A DNA stretch of 64,000 nt, from sequence record DRR378314_1742; one strand, written 5' to 3'. Position numbers and translations under genes: made by a program. Position 1 is the stretch's first letter, and every line of letters begins with the position of its first letter. The notes beneath the pieces are model-generated. The model did no database searches. It was given only the letters and a program-made list of their open reading frames with translations, and was not told the DNA's origin. Positions 10,578 to 20,038 of the stretch are shown here, one piece after another.

Positions 10578-11837
10578 ATGTCGTCTCTGACTCCGCAAGA
10601 AATCATAATAATGCTGGAGCAACATATGAAATGGCTGCGTAATCCTAAAGAGGGAAAACAGGCAGTCTTTCGGCAAATCGATTTATCAGGCGCGAATCTG
10701 GAAGGAGCAAAGCTTCAGAAGTCAGTTTTTTCCGGATGCAAATTGTCCCGTGCCATCTTAAAAGACGCCAACCTGATCCAGGCGGACCTGTTTGCGGTTG
10801 ATCTCACGAAAGCCGACCTGACAAATGCGCTGTTAATTCGCGCGGATCTCAGGGGTGCAGAACTGCGCGGCGCGCGGCTTCATGGTGCTAATTTGCAGGA
10901 AGCTGATTTTCGCGGTGGATCGATGATCCTGGCGGGCGGCAAAACCGTGACCTTTGGTTCCTCTAATCTGGCCGGCTCTGACATGGGAGAGGTGATCGCC
11001 GAAAAAGCCAATTTAAGTGGCGCCAATCTGGCCGGTGCCCAACTTGCCAACGCCAATCTGGCCTACTCCCAGCTCACCGGTGCCAATCTTTCAGAAAGTC
11101 AGCTTGCCAATGCGGTGCTGCAAGGGGCGAACCTTGAAAATTGCAACCTGAGTGGATCCAATGTCAGTGGTGCCAATTTATCAGATGCAAATATGTCAGG
11201 TGCTATGGTCAATGACTGTGATCTGCTATCGGCGAATCTGGAAGGTGCCAATTTGGAAGGCGTGGATCTGCAGGATGAAAAAATCAAAGCAGAACTGACC
11301 CGGCAACAAACCATTTCCACGCCCCTGTCACCAAGCCTCAGAACCCTTTTGGAGAAACATTTCAAATGGGTGGAAACAAATGGCAGCGATGGCGAAAGAG
11401 CTGATTTGCACGGCATGAACCTATCCGGTATGGATCTGCGCAACTGTGCTTTGAGCGGTGCGAATATGCGCGGCTGCAATATGGAGAACACCCGCCTGGA
11501 GGGAGCCCAAATGGTAATGAGCGACCTCTCCCACAGCAACATGGTGGGTGCGGATTGCTCCTATGCGGTGATGGAGGGGGTTAATATGACCCACGCCAAC
11601 CTGACCAGAGCCAGCCTGAAAGGGGCCATGATTACAGCCGTTGATTTGAAAGGCCCGAACGGGGAGCCGATGGGCAAAAAATGGCCCGCCAATCTGTCTG
11701 CCGCCAATTTTAATGATGCGGATCTACAAGGAGCGGATCTGACCCAGGCCAACCTGATCGATGCCAATTTCAAAGGTGCCAACCTTGAGGACACCATCCT
11801 GACAGAGGCAATTACCGAAGATGCCGTCTTTGATTAG
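10578..11837 (+). CDS. Pentapeptide-repeat protein with two HxxW cap modules
   Basis: Long A(D/N)Lxx repeats; caps LEQHMKW and LEKHFKW. Confidence 0.93.
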   Translation: MSSLTPQEIIIMLEQHMKWLRNPKEGKQAVFRQIDLSGANLEGAKLQKSVFSGCKLSRAILKDANLIQADLFAVDLTKADLTNALLIRADLRGAELRGARLHGANLQEADFRGGSMILAGGKTVTFGSSNLAGSDMGEVIAEKANLSGANLAGAQLANANLAYSQLTGANLSESQLANAVLQGANLENCNLSGSNVSGANLSDANMSGAMVNDCDLLSANLEGANLEGVDLQDEKIKAELTRQQTISTPLSPSLRTLLEKHFKWVETNGSDGERADLHGMNLSGMDLRNCALSGANMRGCNMENTRLEGAQMVMSDLSHSNMVGADCSYAVMEGVNMTHANLTRASLKGAMITAVDLKGPNGEPMGKKWPANLSAANFNDADLQGADLTQANLIDANFKGANLEDTILTEAITEDAVFD

Positions 11838-11852
11838 GTTGGCATTCGGTTC

Positions 11853-12155
11853 TTAGTAAATTTTCTGGTCAAGCTGTCCTTTGTCCACCTGATAGATATG
11901 GACAAAATATCCGGCCATCGGATTGCGGTCCAGATACTCCTGCAGGTAATCCCGACACGCCAGGCTGACATCCCGAATGAAATACTGCCATAAGGGCTCT
12001 AACGAGCCGGTTTTGGTGTGCGTGTGCGGAATACTGATCGATCCCCCATACGTGATGTTAAAACCGGACAGATAGTTTTCCGCATAGTGGCGAAAGGCGG
12101 AAGCCTCATCTATTCTCACACCTGCCTTATTTTCAAAACAAAGCCGTAAATCCAT
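11853..12155 (-). CDS. Hypothetical protein (100 aa)
   Basis: Starts 19 nt downstream of the kinase gene on the same strand; GGGGA RBS. Confidence 0.65.
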   Translation of the reverse strand: MDLRLCFENKAGVRIDEASAFRHYAENYLSGFNITYGGSISIPHTHTKTGSLEPLWQYFIRDVSLACRDYLQEYLDRNPMAGYFVHIYQVDKGQLDQKIY

Positions 12156-12174
12156 CAGAAAATCCCCAAGTTTT

Positions 12175-14112
12175 TCAACTGTCTGTTTCGTCAGTATATT
12201 TAGGGAAATATAGGGTCACTGTGGTTCCCTGTCCAAGGGAACTTTCAATCCGGATCGCCCCATCTGATTTTTTGACAAACCCGTAAACCATGCTGAGCCC
12301 CAACCCGGTGCCGCTTCCAACCTCTTTCGTCGAATAAAAAGGCTCGAACACATGTGCCAGGGTCGCTTCATCCATTCCGGCTCCGGTATCCCGAATTTTA
12401 ACGCAGACATAGTCTCCCCGGGATATTTCAAGGCCGGGATCCTCTTGCTCCAAAACAACATTTCTCAGTTGGATATATAAGTCACCGGATCGGTTCATGG
12501 CATCCCGGGCATTGACCGACAGATTAAGGATCGTGTTCACCAGTTGGTCCCGATCCAGATAAGTTTCCCAAAGCCCGTTATCAGCCGTCAGGTGCACCAT
12601 AACCATCTGCCCCACACTGCTTTTGAGGATTTCCAGGAATTGGGAAATTTCATGATGCAAATTCAGGCATTTGGGCTGCAGCGTCTGTTTGCGGGAATAG
12701 ATTAACAACTGACTGGTGATCGAGGATCCCACACTGGCGGCATGAATGATGGTCTTCAAATGGGACAGAAGACGCTCTTCGTCTATTTCGTCTTCAACCA
12801 TCTCTGCGGCAAGTTCTGCATTGCCCAGAACAACTGCCAGCAAGTTATTGAAATCATGGGCAATCCCGCCCGTCAACTGACCAACAACCTCCATTTTCTG
12901 GGATTGCTTTAACTGCTCTTCCAGGACCACCGGCTCCGTCACGTCACGCCCGACCCCGCGATAGCCCAAAAACGCCCCGGTCTCGGAATAAAACGGCGTT
13001 CCGGAGATTTTCCAGTGACGTTCCTGACCATCCTTGCGGACGAATGTATAGGCAAAATCTTTGAAGGACTTGCGCTGCTTCAGATCCTCAAGATGCTTTT
13101 GTCGGGCTTCTGATTGGGACTGGACAGTCACCAGTTCCGATCGCTCCATCCCCAGCATTTCGTCCCGGGTCATTCCAGCGCTTTCACAAGCGGCTTCGGA
13201 CACATAGGAAAATTTCAGATCCGCATCCATTTCCCAGTACCAGTCTGACGCAGAATCAGCAAAGCCTTTGAACCGCGCCTCACTGGCTTTTAGTTTCTCC
13301 TGCGCCTCTACCTCAACCGTGACGTCCTGTTGCATGGCAATGAAGTTGGAAATGGTACCGTCGCGGCGGGTGACCGGTGACACGGTTTCCCGGCACCAAA
13401 AAAAGCTGCCGTCTTTGCGGCGGTTGCGCACCGTTCCCTGCCAGCTTTTACCATCCTTGATCGTCGCCCAGAATTTTTTATAAAAAGCTTGTGAATTTTG
13501 TCCTGAAGACAGAATTCGCGGGGTCTTGCCCTTGGCGTCCTCAAGAGAATAGCCGGTAATGCCAACAAAACCCGGGTTTGCGTATTTGATCAGGCCATTA
13601 CTATCCGTAATCAGCACACCGATGGGGGCATTCTCAACTGCTTTCATCAGGGTCAGCAACTGCTCAGTATTTTCGGCTGTCGGCAATTGATTTTTTTCTA
13701 TTCGGCCAACACCAATATGGCCGATAAACTCTCCCATACTGAGGACAGGCTCTGCCCCGATCAACAGTCGTTTTTCTTCCCCGAATTGGTCGGTAAAATA
13801 AAATTCCAGATCCCGAACCGGCAACTGGCTCCCTAGAAAATTGGCCAGTTGCTCCAGCTGTAACTGGTTCTGATGTCGATCAAACGTATTGATTGCGCTA
13901 ATAACATCCTCAATGGAGGTTGCCAGCCAGCCCTCTGTGTTCAGATCAAGCTGTTGTTCCAGCACACCATTGGAATAGATCAGGTGACCTGTTTGATCAA
14001 TTTCCCACAGCCAATCGGACAAGAGGCTGCCAAAATCTGACACCTTGTGGTCTTTTCGAAGCTTTTTCTCCTCCACGCCGCAGCGTCCCTGTTTGGTCAT
14101 ATCCCTAACCAT
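12175..14112 (-). CDS. Multi-PAS sensor histidine kinase without receiver domain
   Basis: Three PAS-like domains, HisKA GIAHDFNNLL, HATPase NARDAM/DTGAG/GTGLGL. ORF is open to 14160; start uncertain. Confidence 0.93.
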   Translation of the reverse strand: MVRDMTKQGRCGVEEKKLRKDHKVSDFGSLLSDWLWEIDQTGHLIYSNGVLEQQLDLNTEGWLATSIEDVISAINTFDRHQNQLQLEQLANFLGSQLPVRDLEFYFTDQFGEEKRLLIGAEPVLSMGEFIGHIGVGRIEKNQLPTAENTEQLLTLMKAVENAPIGVLITDSNGLIKYANPGFVGITGYSLEDAKGKTPRILSSGQNSQAFYKKFWATIKDGKSWQGTVRNRRKDGSFFWCRETVSPVTRRDGTISNFIAMQQDVTVEVEAQEKLKASEARFKGFADSASDWYWEMDADLKFSYVSEAACESAGMTRDEMLGMERSELVTVQSQSEARQKHLEDLKQRKSFKDFAYTFVRKDGQERHWKISGTPFYSETGAFLGYRGVGRDVTEPVVLEEQLKQSQKMEVVGQLTGGIAHDFNNLLAVVLGNAELAAEMVEDEIDEERLLSHLKTIIHAASVGSSITSQLLIYSRKQTLQPKCLNLHHEISQFLEILKSSVGQMVMVHLTADNGLWETYLDRDQLVNTILNLSVNARDAMNRSGDLYIQLRNVVLEQEDPGLEISRGDYVCVKIRDTGAGMDEATLAHVFEPFYSTKEVGSGTGLGLSMVYGFVKKSDGAIRIESSLGQGTTVTLYFPKYTDETDS

Positions 14113-14433
14113 AGTCTGCCTCTTTCCCCGTCGGCATCCTTTTTGTCTCGCGCACACCATCTCTCATTTGCTTAAAAGCTTAGGTATCTAAAAGCAAACA
14201 TTCCGTTAATTATTAGCGAAATTTGTCGATAATTATTGAAAAAAATCAAAAGCTTATAGGCCAATACTCATACGCATATGACATATAGGCAGGAACAGGT
14301 TCAGCGCTGGATCCAACCTTGGGATTAGTCCATCAGGTTAATATATGCGCACCAACAGAAGGCGGACCGACAGCAAGAAATAACCGAGTGATAAGATTGG
14401 GATCTGGGGAGAGGATAAAAGCGACAACAGCGG

Positions 14434-14508
14434 TGGCATCCCCTAGGAGAATTGAACTCCTGTTTCCAGAATGAAAATCTGGCGTCCTAACCACTAGACG
14501 AAGGGGAC
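14434..14508 (-). tRNA. tRNA-Glu (TTC)
   Basis: Reverse complement reads GTCCCCT...CCAGA-TTTTCAT-TCTGG...GTTCAATTC...AGGGGATGCCA; upstream promoter TTGATC-17-TAGAAA. Confidence 0.97.
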
Positions 14509-14625
14509 ACACCGTGTCGCTGGAGGCAGTTTCTAATGAGTTTTACCCGCCTGATCAAGTAAAAAATTCAAGAATTTTGATTTTTTTTGGCGGGATCGGG
14601 AAAAGTCAGAACTAACCCTGAAAAC

Positions 14626-16410
14626 TCAAGATAATCTGAACGCATCTTCGATCAGGATCTGCGCCGATGTTTGACCCCGCCAGGTGTTTTTGCGCAAATG
14701 TCCGGCGATATGAAACCGGCTTCCCTTATGATTGAGTAAACTGTCGCCAAGCGGTGTTTCCAGGCTATTGAACGAAATGCCAGTCAGCCGTCCGCGATTG
14801 CCACTGCCGGTCAAAATCACCCGCACATGCTTCTCTCCAACAATGGAGGCCTGAACAATTTTCGCTCCCGAAAGCACAAATCGCGGCTCTGCATTGCCTG
14901 CGCCATAGGGCCCTGCCTGCTCCAGCTGCTCAATCAGTTCCACCGATGCGCCTTCCACCCCAAGCGCCCCGTCGAGCCCCAGGCTGGCGTTCTGAATAGC
15001 AGCTTTCACATCCTTGCCCAGGCGCTGATTTAAAAACTGGATGAAATCCTCAATCTGGGTGCGGGCAATGGTCAATCCGGCGGCCATGGCATGCCCGCCG
15101 CCGCCGACAATCAGGTCTTTTTGGCGAGCCACGCCAATGGCAGCGCCCAAATCCACCCCCGGCATGGACCGACCGGAGCCTTTCCCCATCTCCCCATCCA
15201 GACCGATCACAATCGTCGGTCGCTGATAGGCATCCTTGAGGCGACTGGCGACAATGCCAATCACACCGGGATGCCAACCGTCACCGGCAACGACGAGAAC
15301 AGCGGACTGGGCCGTTTGCTGACGCGCCGCCTGCTCCATGGCGGCTTCGGTGACCTCTTGTTCAATTTCTTTGCGTTCGCGGTTATTCTCATCCAGAAAA
15401 CGGGCCAGCTCAAGACATTCATCCGGATCATTGCTGGAAAGCAAACGCGGGCCGATATCCGGCTGGCCAACCCGCCCGCCGGCATTCACCCGCGGGCCCA
15501 GAATGTAGCCCAGATGATACGTTCCCGGCTTTTCATCCAGCCCGGCCACATCGGACAGCGCAACCAGACCGGGATTGCGCCGCTGCGCCATGACTTTAAG
15601 CCCCTGGGCCACAAAAGCCCGGTTCAGCCCTTTCAGGGGAACCACATCGCACACGGTTCCCAGCGCCACCAGATCCAGAAACTGCATCAGGTTGGGCGGT
15701 TGCCGATCGCCATACCAACCGCTTTGACGAAGCTCCCGATTTAGCGCAACCAGCAGAATAAAACTCACCCCGACAGCCGCCAGATACCCATATTCCTGGC
15801 TTTCATCATGGCGCTTGGGGTTGATCACGGCCACCGCTTCGGGAAGCCGGGTTTCCGCCTGATGATGATCAACGATAATGGCCTGCAACCCAATGGCTTT
15901 GGCATGGGCGAGCTGCTGAAAAGAGACAATGCCGCAATCGACGGTAACCACCAGATCAGTCCCCACGGATTTCAGGTGGTCAAAGGCCTCTATATTCGGG
16001 CCATACCCTTCCTTGATACGATCGGGAATATAAATATCCAGCGGGACGCCAATGGCATCAAAAAACCGCTTGAGCAAACTGGAGGAGGTCGCCCCGTCCA
16101 CGTCATAATCGCCAAAGACGCAGATTTTCTCTTTGCTCTGAATGGCCGCAGCCAACCGCTTGGCGCCTTTATCCATATCCTGAAAATGACTGGGGTCCGG
16201 TAACAGTTCGCGCAGCTTCGGATCCAGATAATGATCCGCGTCCTCAATGCCGACCCCGCGCCCTGTCAGCACCCGCCCGACAATTTCCGGCAGGCCCAGT
16301 TTCTGCGACAGGGCAAGACTGCTGCGATCATCTTCAGACCGCAGCCGCCATCGTTTTCCCATGAGTGAGTGTTCAACGTCAAGAAAAGCCGGACTGATCC
16401 TGTCACTCAT
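14626..16410 (-). CDS. recJ: ssDNA exonuclease RecJ
   Basis: GDYDVDG, DHH, GPRVNAGGR, GGHAMAAG. Confidence 0.98.
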   Translation of the reverse strand: MSDRISPAFLDVEHSLMGKRWRLRSEDDRSSLALSQKLGLPEIVGRVLTGRGVGIEDADHYLDPKLRELLPDPSHFQDMDKGAKRLAAAIQSKEKICVFGDYDVDGATSSSLLKRFFDAIGVPLDIYIPDRIKEGYGPNIEAFDHLKSVGTDLVVTVDCGIVSFQQLAHAKAIGLQAIIVDHHQAETRLPEAVAVINPKRHDESQEYGYLAAVGVSFILLVALNRELRQSGWYGDRQPPNLMQFLDLVALGTVCDVVPLKGLNRAFVAQGLKVMAQRRNPGLVALSDVAGLDEKPGTYHLGYILGPRVNAGGRVGQPDIGPRLLSSNDPDECLELARFLDENNRERKEIEQEVTEAAMEQAARQQTAQSAVLVVAGDGWHPGVIGIVASRLKDAYQRPTIVIGLDGEMGKGSGRSMPGVDLGAAIGVARQKDLIVGGGGHAMAAGLTIARTQIEDFIQFLNQRLGKDVKAAIQNASLGLDGALGVEGASVELIEQLEQAGPYGAGNAEPRFVLSGAKIVQASIVGEKHVRVILTGSGNRGRLTGISFNSLETPLGDSLLNHKGSRFHIAGHLRKNTWRGQTSAQILIEDAFRLS

Positions 16411-16422
16411 TGGGACCTGCCA

Positions 16423-17382
16423 TTATTTGGCGCTGTGATTGCCACGGATGTAGCGAATTGTTCCACTATGAGAGCGCATAACGAGCGTTTCGGTCTGTAC
16501 CCGATCCCCGATCTGTCGCACCCCTTTGAGCATCGAGCCGTCGGTCACACCGGTGGCCGCAAAGATCACGTTACCGGCAGCCAGTTCCTGCAGGTTATAA
16601 ATCCGGCCAAAATCGCTAATGCCCCACTTAACAGCGCGGGCTTTTTCATCCTCGTTACGGAACACCAGGCGTCCCTGCATCTGCCCACCGATGGAGCGCA
16701 GCGCGGCTGCCGCCAAAACACCTTCCGGGGCGCCGCCGGTTCCCACATACATATCCACTCCGGTTTCCGGGTTGGCTGTCGCCATAACACCGGCAACATC
16801 ACCATCGGAAATCATTTTGATCCGCGCGCCTGTTTCCCGAATGGAGGCAATAATTTCGGCATGACGTGGCCGGTCCAGAACGCAAGCCATCATCTGATTA
16901 ACCGGAACGCCTTTAACCTCGGCCAGTTTGCGGATATTTTCGCCTGCGGATTTATCAATATCGATAATGCCTTCAGGATAACCACCGCCCACTGCGATTT
17001 TTTCCATATAGGTATCCGGGGCATTCAGAAAATTACCGGATTCTGCGAATGCAATTACCGCCAACGCGTTTGGACCGCCTTTAGCTGTCAGGGTTGTCCC
17101 CTCCAGCGGGTCCAGCGCGATATCAATTTTTGGCCCTTTGCCGGTTCCAACCTTTTCACCGATATAAAGCATCGGAGCCTCATCACGCTCCCCTTCGCCG
17201 ATGACAATCGTACCATCAATATCTAGTTTGTTGAGGGCCGTTCTCATGGCATCAACCGCGGCCTGGTCCGCCGCTTTCTCATCTCCCAGACCCACCAGAT
17301 TACAGGCGGCCCGTGCGGCGGCTTCAGTAACCCGCACAATTTCCAAAGTCAGTTTTCGATCCATGGTGGCAGTTTCAGACAT
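16423..17382 (-). CDS. glpX: Class II fructose-1,6-bisphosphatase
   Basis: IGEGERDEAPML, DPLEGT, DGDV, GGAPEGV. Confidence 0.98.
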   Translation of the reverse strand: MSETATMDRKLTLEIVRVTEAAARAACNLVGLGDEKAADQAAVDAMRTALNKLDIDGTIVIGEGERDEAPMLYIGEKVGTGKGPKIDIALDPLEGTTLTAKGGPNALAVIAFAESGNFLNAPDTYMEKIAVGGGYPEGIIDIDKSAGENIRKLAEVKGVPVNQMMACVLDRPRHAEIIASIRETGARIKMISDGDVAGVMATANPETGVDMYVGTGGAPEGVLAAAALRSIGGQMQGRLVFRNEDEKARAVKWGISDFGRIYNLQELAAGNVIFAATGVTDGSMLKGVRQIGDRVQTETLVMRSHSGTIRYIRGNHSAK

Positions 17383-17430
17383 TATCTCTCATCCAAATTT
17401 TAGCCGTATCAGACGGCATTCATCAGTCTC

Positions 17431-18711
17431 TTAAAGGGTCGCAATTCGAATCATCTGTGGTTGTGCCACATTATGTTCAAACCGTTCAATTACAGATAGG
17501 GCACGCAACAGGGCGGCTTCTTTCACTTCATGCGTAGTTAGCACAACAGAAACCGCTGCCTCCGGCGCCCGCCCCCGCTGCAGCAGGCTTTCAATCGAGA
17601 TTTCCTCATCCCGAAAAGCCGCTGAAACATCAGCAATAACACCTGGCAGATCCCGAACCGTCAGCCGAACATAGTAGCACCCCACATGCTCCTTCACTGC
17701 AACCTTCGGGATCTCCTGCATCTTATCGACAGGAATACCAAAGGTCGGCGTTGTCCGCCCTGCAACGATATCCACCACGTCCGCAACAACCGCAGAAGCT
17801 GTTGGACCTTCACCAGCGCCGCGACCTTCATACACGGTGCTGTCGACAAAGTCACCCTCGGCAACAACCGCATTAAAAACACCAGACACATTGGCAATCG
17901 GTGTTTCTTTACGGACCATGCACGGATGCACGCGCTGCTCAATCCCTTTGTCAGTTCGGCGCGCCACGCCCAGAAGGCGAATTCGATAGCCAAATTCCTT
18001 GGCAAATTCGATATCCAGCGCGTTGACCTCGCGAATTCCCTCAATATAAACGCTGTCGAAATCAACCGGGGTGCCAAACGCAAGACTGGTCAGGATTGCC
18101 AATTTATGCGCAGCATCAATCCCATCCACGTCAAAACTGGGATCCGCCTCAGCATAACCCAGCGCCTGGGCATCTGTCAGGATCGGCGCAAAATCACGGC
18201 CGGTTTCTTCCATTTCCGTCAGGATATAATTACAGGTTCCGTTGAGAATTCCATAAACCCGGGAAATCGCATTTCCGGTCAGCCCTTCGCGCATGGCTTT
18301 GACAATCGGAATACCGCCTGCAACAGCGGCTTCATACGCAAGGAACGTGTTGTTGTCCTCTGCCAGACGGGCCAAAGATGTTCCGTGAACCGCCAATAGC
18401 GCCTTGTTTGCAGTGACCACAGGCTTGCCGGCTTTCAGCGCTGCTTCACACAGCTCCCGGGCAATGCCATCGCTGCCGCCGATCAGTTCCAGAACCATAT
18501 CAACATTTGGATCTGCGACCATGTCCACAGCATTGTCGTACCAGGTAATCCCCTCCAGGGAGACACCCCGATCCTTGCTCTGATCCCGTCCGGAAACAGC
18601 ACTGACCTGTAGACTTTCGCCTGAGCGGGCCGTCAGGAGGTCGGCATGTTTATTCAGGATCTTAATGACCCCTGCACCGACAGTTCCAAGTCCCGCTATT
18701 CCAATCTTCAT
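17431..18711 (-). CDS. hom: Homoserine dehydrogenase with ACT domain
   Basis: GLGTVG, VVTANKA, EAAVAGGIP, GYAEADP. Alternative start at 18735. Confidence 0.97.
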   Translation of the reverse strand: MKIGIAGLGTVGAGVIKILNKHADLLTARSGESLQVSAVSGRDQSKDRGVSLEGITWYDNAVDMVADPNVDMVLELIGGSDGIARELCEAALKAGKPVVTANKALLAVHGTSLARLAEDNNTFLAYEAAVAGGIPIVKAMREGLTGNAISRVYGILNGTCNYILTEMEETGRDFAPILTDAQALGYAEADPSFDVDGIDAAHKLAILTSLAFGTPVDFDSVYIEGIREVNALDIEFAKEFGYRIRLLGVARRTDKGIEQRVHPCMVRKETPIANVSGVFNAVVAEGDFVDSTVYEGRGAGEGPTASAVVADVVDIVAGRTTPTFGIPVDKMQEIPKVAVKEHVGCYYVRLTVRDLPGVIADVSAAFRDEEISIESLLQRGRAPEAAVSVVLTTHEVKEAALLRALSVIERFEHNVAQPQMIRIATL

Positions 18712-18712
18712 T

Positions 18713-19933
18713 TTAACTACCGCTTTTCTGGTCATGATATGCTGCCAGGTGGCGATCCGCCTCTGACAGGAATTTCTTTACATTGCGAACCGCCTGACGG
18801 ATCCGCTGCTCATTTTCCACCATGGCAATCCGGACAAATTTGTCCCCATGTTCACCAAAGCCCAGCCCCGGGGCAACGGCGACTTTTGCTTCTTGCAATA
18901 AAAGCTTTGAAAATTCAAGACTGCCAAGCTCGGTGAAAGGCTCCGGGATCGGCGCCCAGGCAAACATGGTCGCCTCGGGAGAGGGAATGTCCCAACCCGC
19001 AGCCGCCATGCCGGAAATCATCACATCCCGGCGCGCCTGATACAGCTCCCGGGCTTCCTGCACACAATCCTGTGGTCCGTTCAGCGCTGCGGTTGCCGCC
19101 ACCTGAATGGGCGTGAAAGCCCCATAATCCAGATAGGATTTAATGCGCGTCAACGCACCGATCAGTTCTTTATTTCCTGTGGCAAAGCCCATTCGCCAAC
19201 CGGGCATGGAATAAGTCTTGGACAGGGACGTAAATTCAACAGCAATATCCTTCGCCCCGTCCACCTGCAGGATTGAAGGCGGCGGTGTCCCGTCAAAATA
19301 AATTTCCGCATAGGCCAAATCAGATAGAATGTACATCTGATGCTCTTTGGCAAACGCAACGACCCGGCGATAAAATTCCAGATCAACGGTCATCGCTGTT
19401 GGATTGGATGGAAAATTCAGGATCAGGCAGGTTGGCGTCGGATAACAATGCGCCATCCCCCGCTCCAGCGCCTCAAAGAAATCAATATGTGGACCCACTT
19501 CAAAATGCCGCACCACGGCGCCGGCAATAATGAAACCATAAGGATGGATCGGATAACTGGGATTGGGGGACAGGATCACATCACCGGGCGTGGTGATCGC
19601 CATCGCCAAATTGGCAAGCCCTTCCTTGGAGCCCAACGTCGCGATGGTTTCGGTATTGGGATCAATATCAACATCAAAGCGGCGCTTGTAATATGCCGCA
19701 TTGGCCCGGCGCAAACCTGGAATTCCGCGACTTGTTGAATATCGATGGGTCCGCCCGTCCTGCACGGTTTCCACCAGCTTATCAACAATATGTTTGGGTG
19801 TAGGCGTATCCGGGTTTCCCATTCCCAGATCAATAATGTCTTCTCCTGCCGCTCGCGCTGCCGCTTTCATACGATTAACTTCTTCAAATACGTACGGGGG
19901 CAGTCTCTTGATACGGTGGAAATCAGAATTCAT
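18713..19933 (-). CDS. PLP-dependent class I/II aminotransferase (AlaC / LL-DAP aminotransferase-like)
   Basis: GMGNPD, GSKEG, NFPSNPT, SLSKTYSMPGWR. The usual upstream neighbour of hom. Confidence 0.92.
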   Translation of the reverse strand: MNSDFHRIKRLPPYVFEEVNRMKAAARAAGEDIIDLGMGNPDTPTPKHIVDKLVETVQDGRTHRYSTSRGIPGLRRANAAYYKRRFDVDIDPNTETIATLGSKEGLANLAMAITTPGDVILSPNPSYPIHPYGFIIAGAVVRHFEVGPHIDFFEALERGMAHCYPTPTCLILNFPSNPTAMTVDLEFYRRVVAFAKEHQMYILSDLAYAEIYFDGTPPPSILQVDGAKDIAVEFTSLSKTYSMPGWRMGFATGNKELIGALTRIKSYLDYGAFTPIQVAATAALNGPQDCVQEARELYQARRDVMISGMAAAGWDIPSPEATMFAWAPIPEPFTELGSLEFSKLLLQEAKVAVAPGLGFGEHGDKFVRIAMVENEQRIRQAVRNVKKFLSEADRHLAAYHDQKSGS

Positions 19934-20038
19934 CGGCCTGTTCTCGGTTCTTTTTCGTCTGGTTGAGCTTATCCGCTCCAAAGGAAGCTTTTCTTCCTTT
20001 GGATCTGGCTGGTCAACCGTTTTTTAAACGATGTTTTC

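Noticed and set aside
10578-11837. Nucleotide periodicity as a CRISPR array or tandem repeat
   Set aside because: Explained by pentapeptide coding repeats; no repeat-spacer structure or cas genes in the window.
9216-14433. Active integrative element at tRNA-Gln or tRNA-Glu
   Set aside because: No integrase, and no duplicated tRNA 3' end seen by eye.
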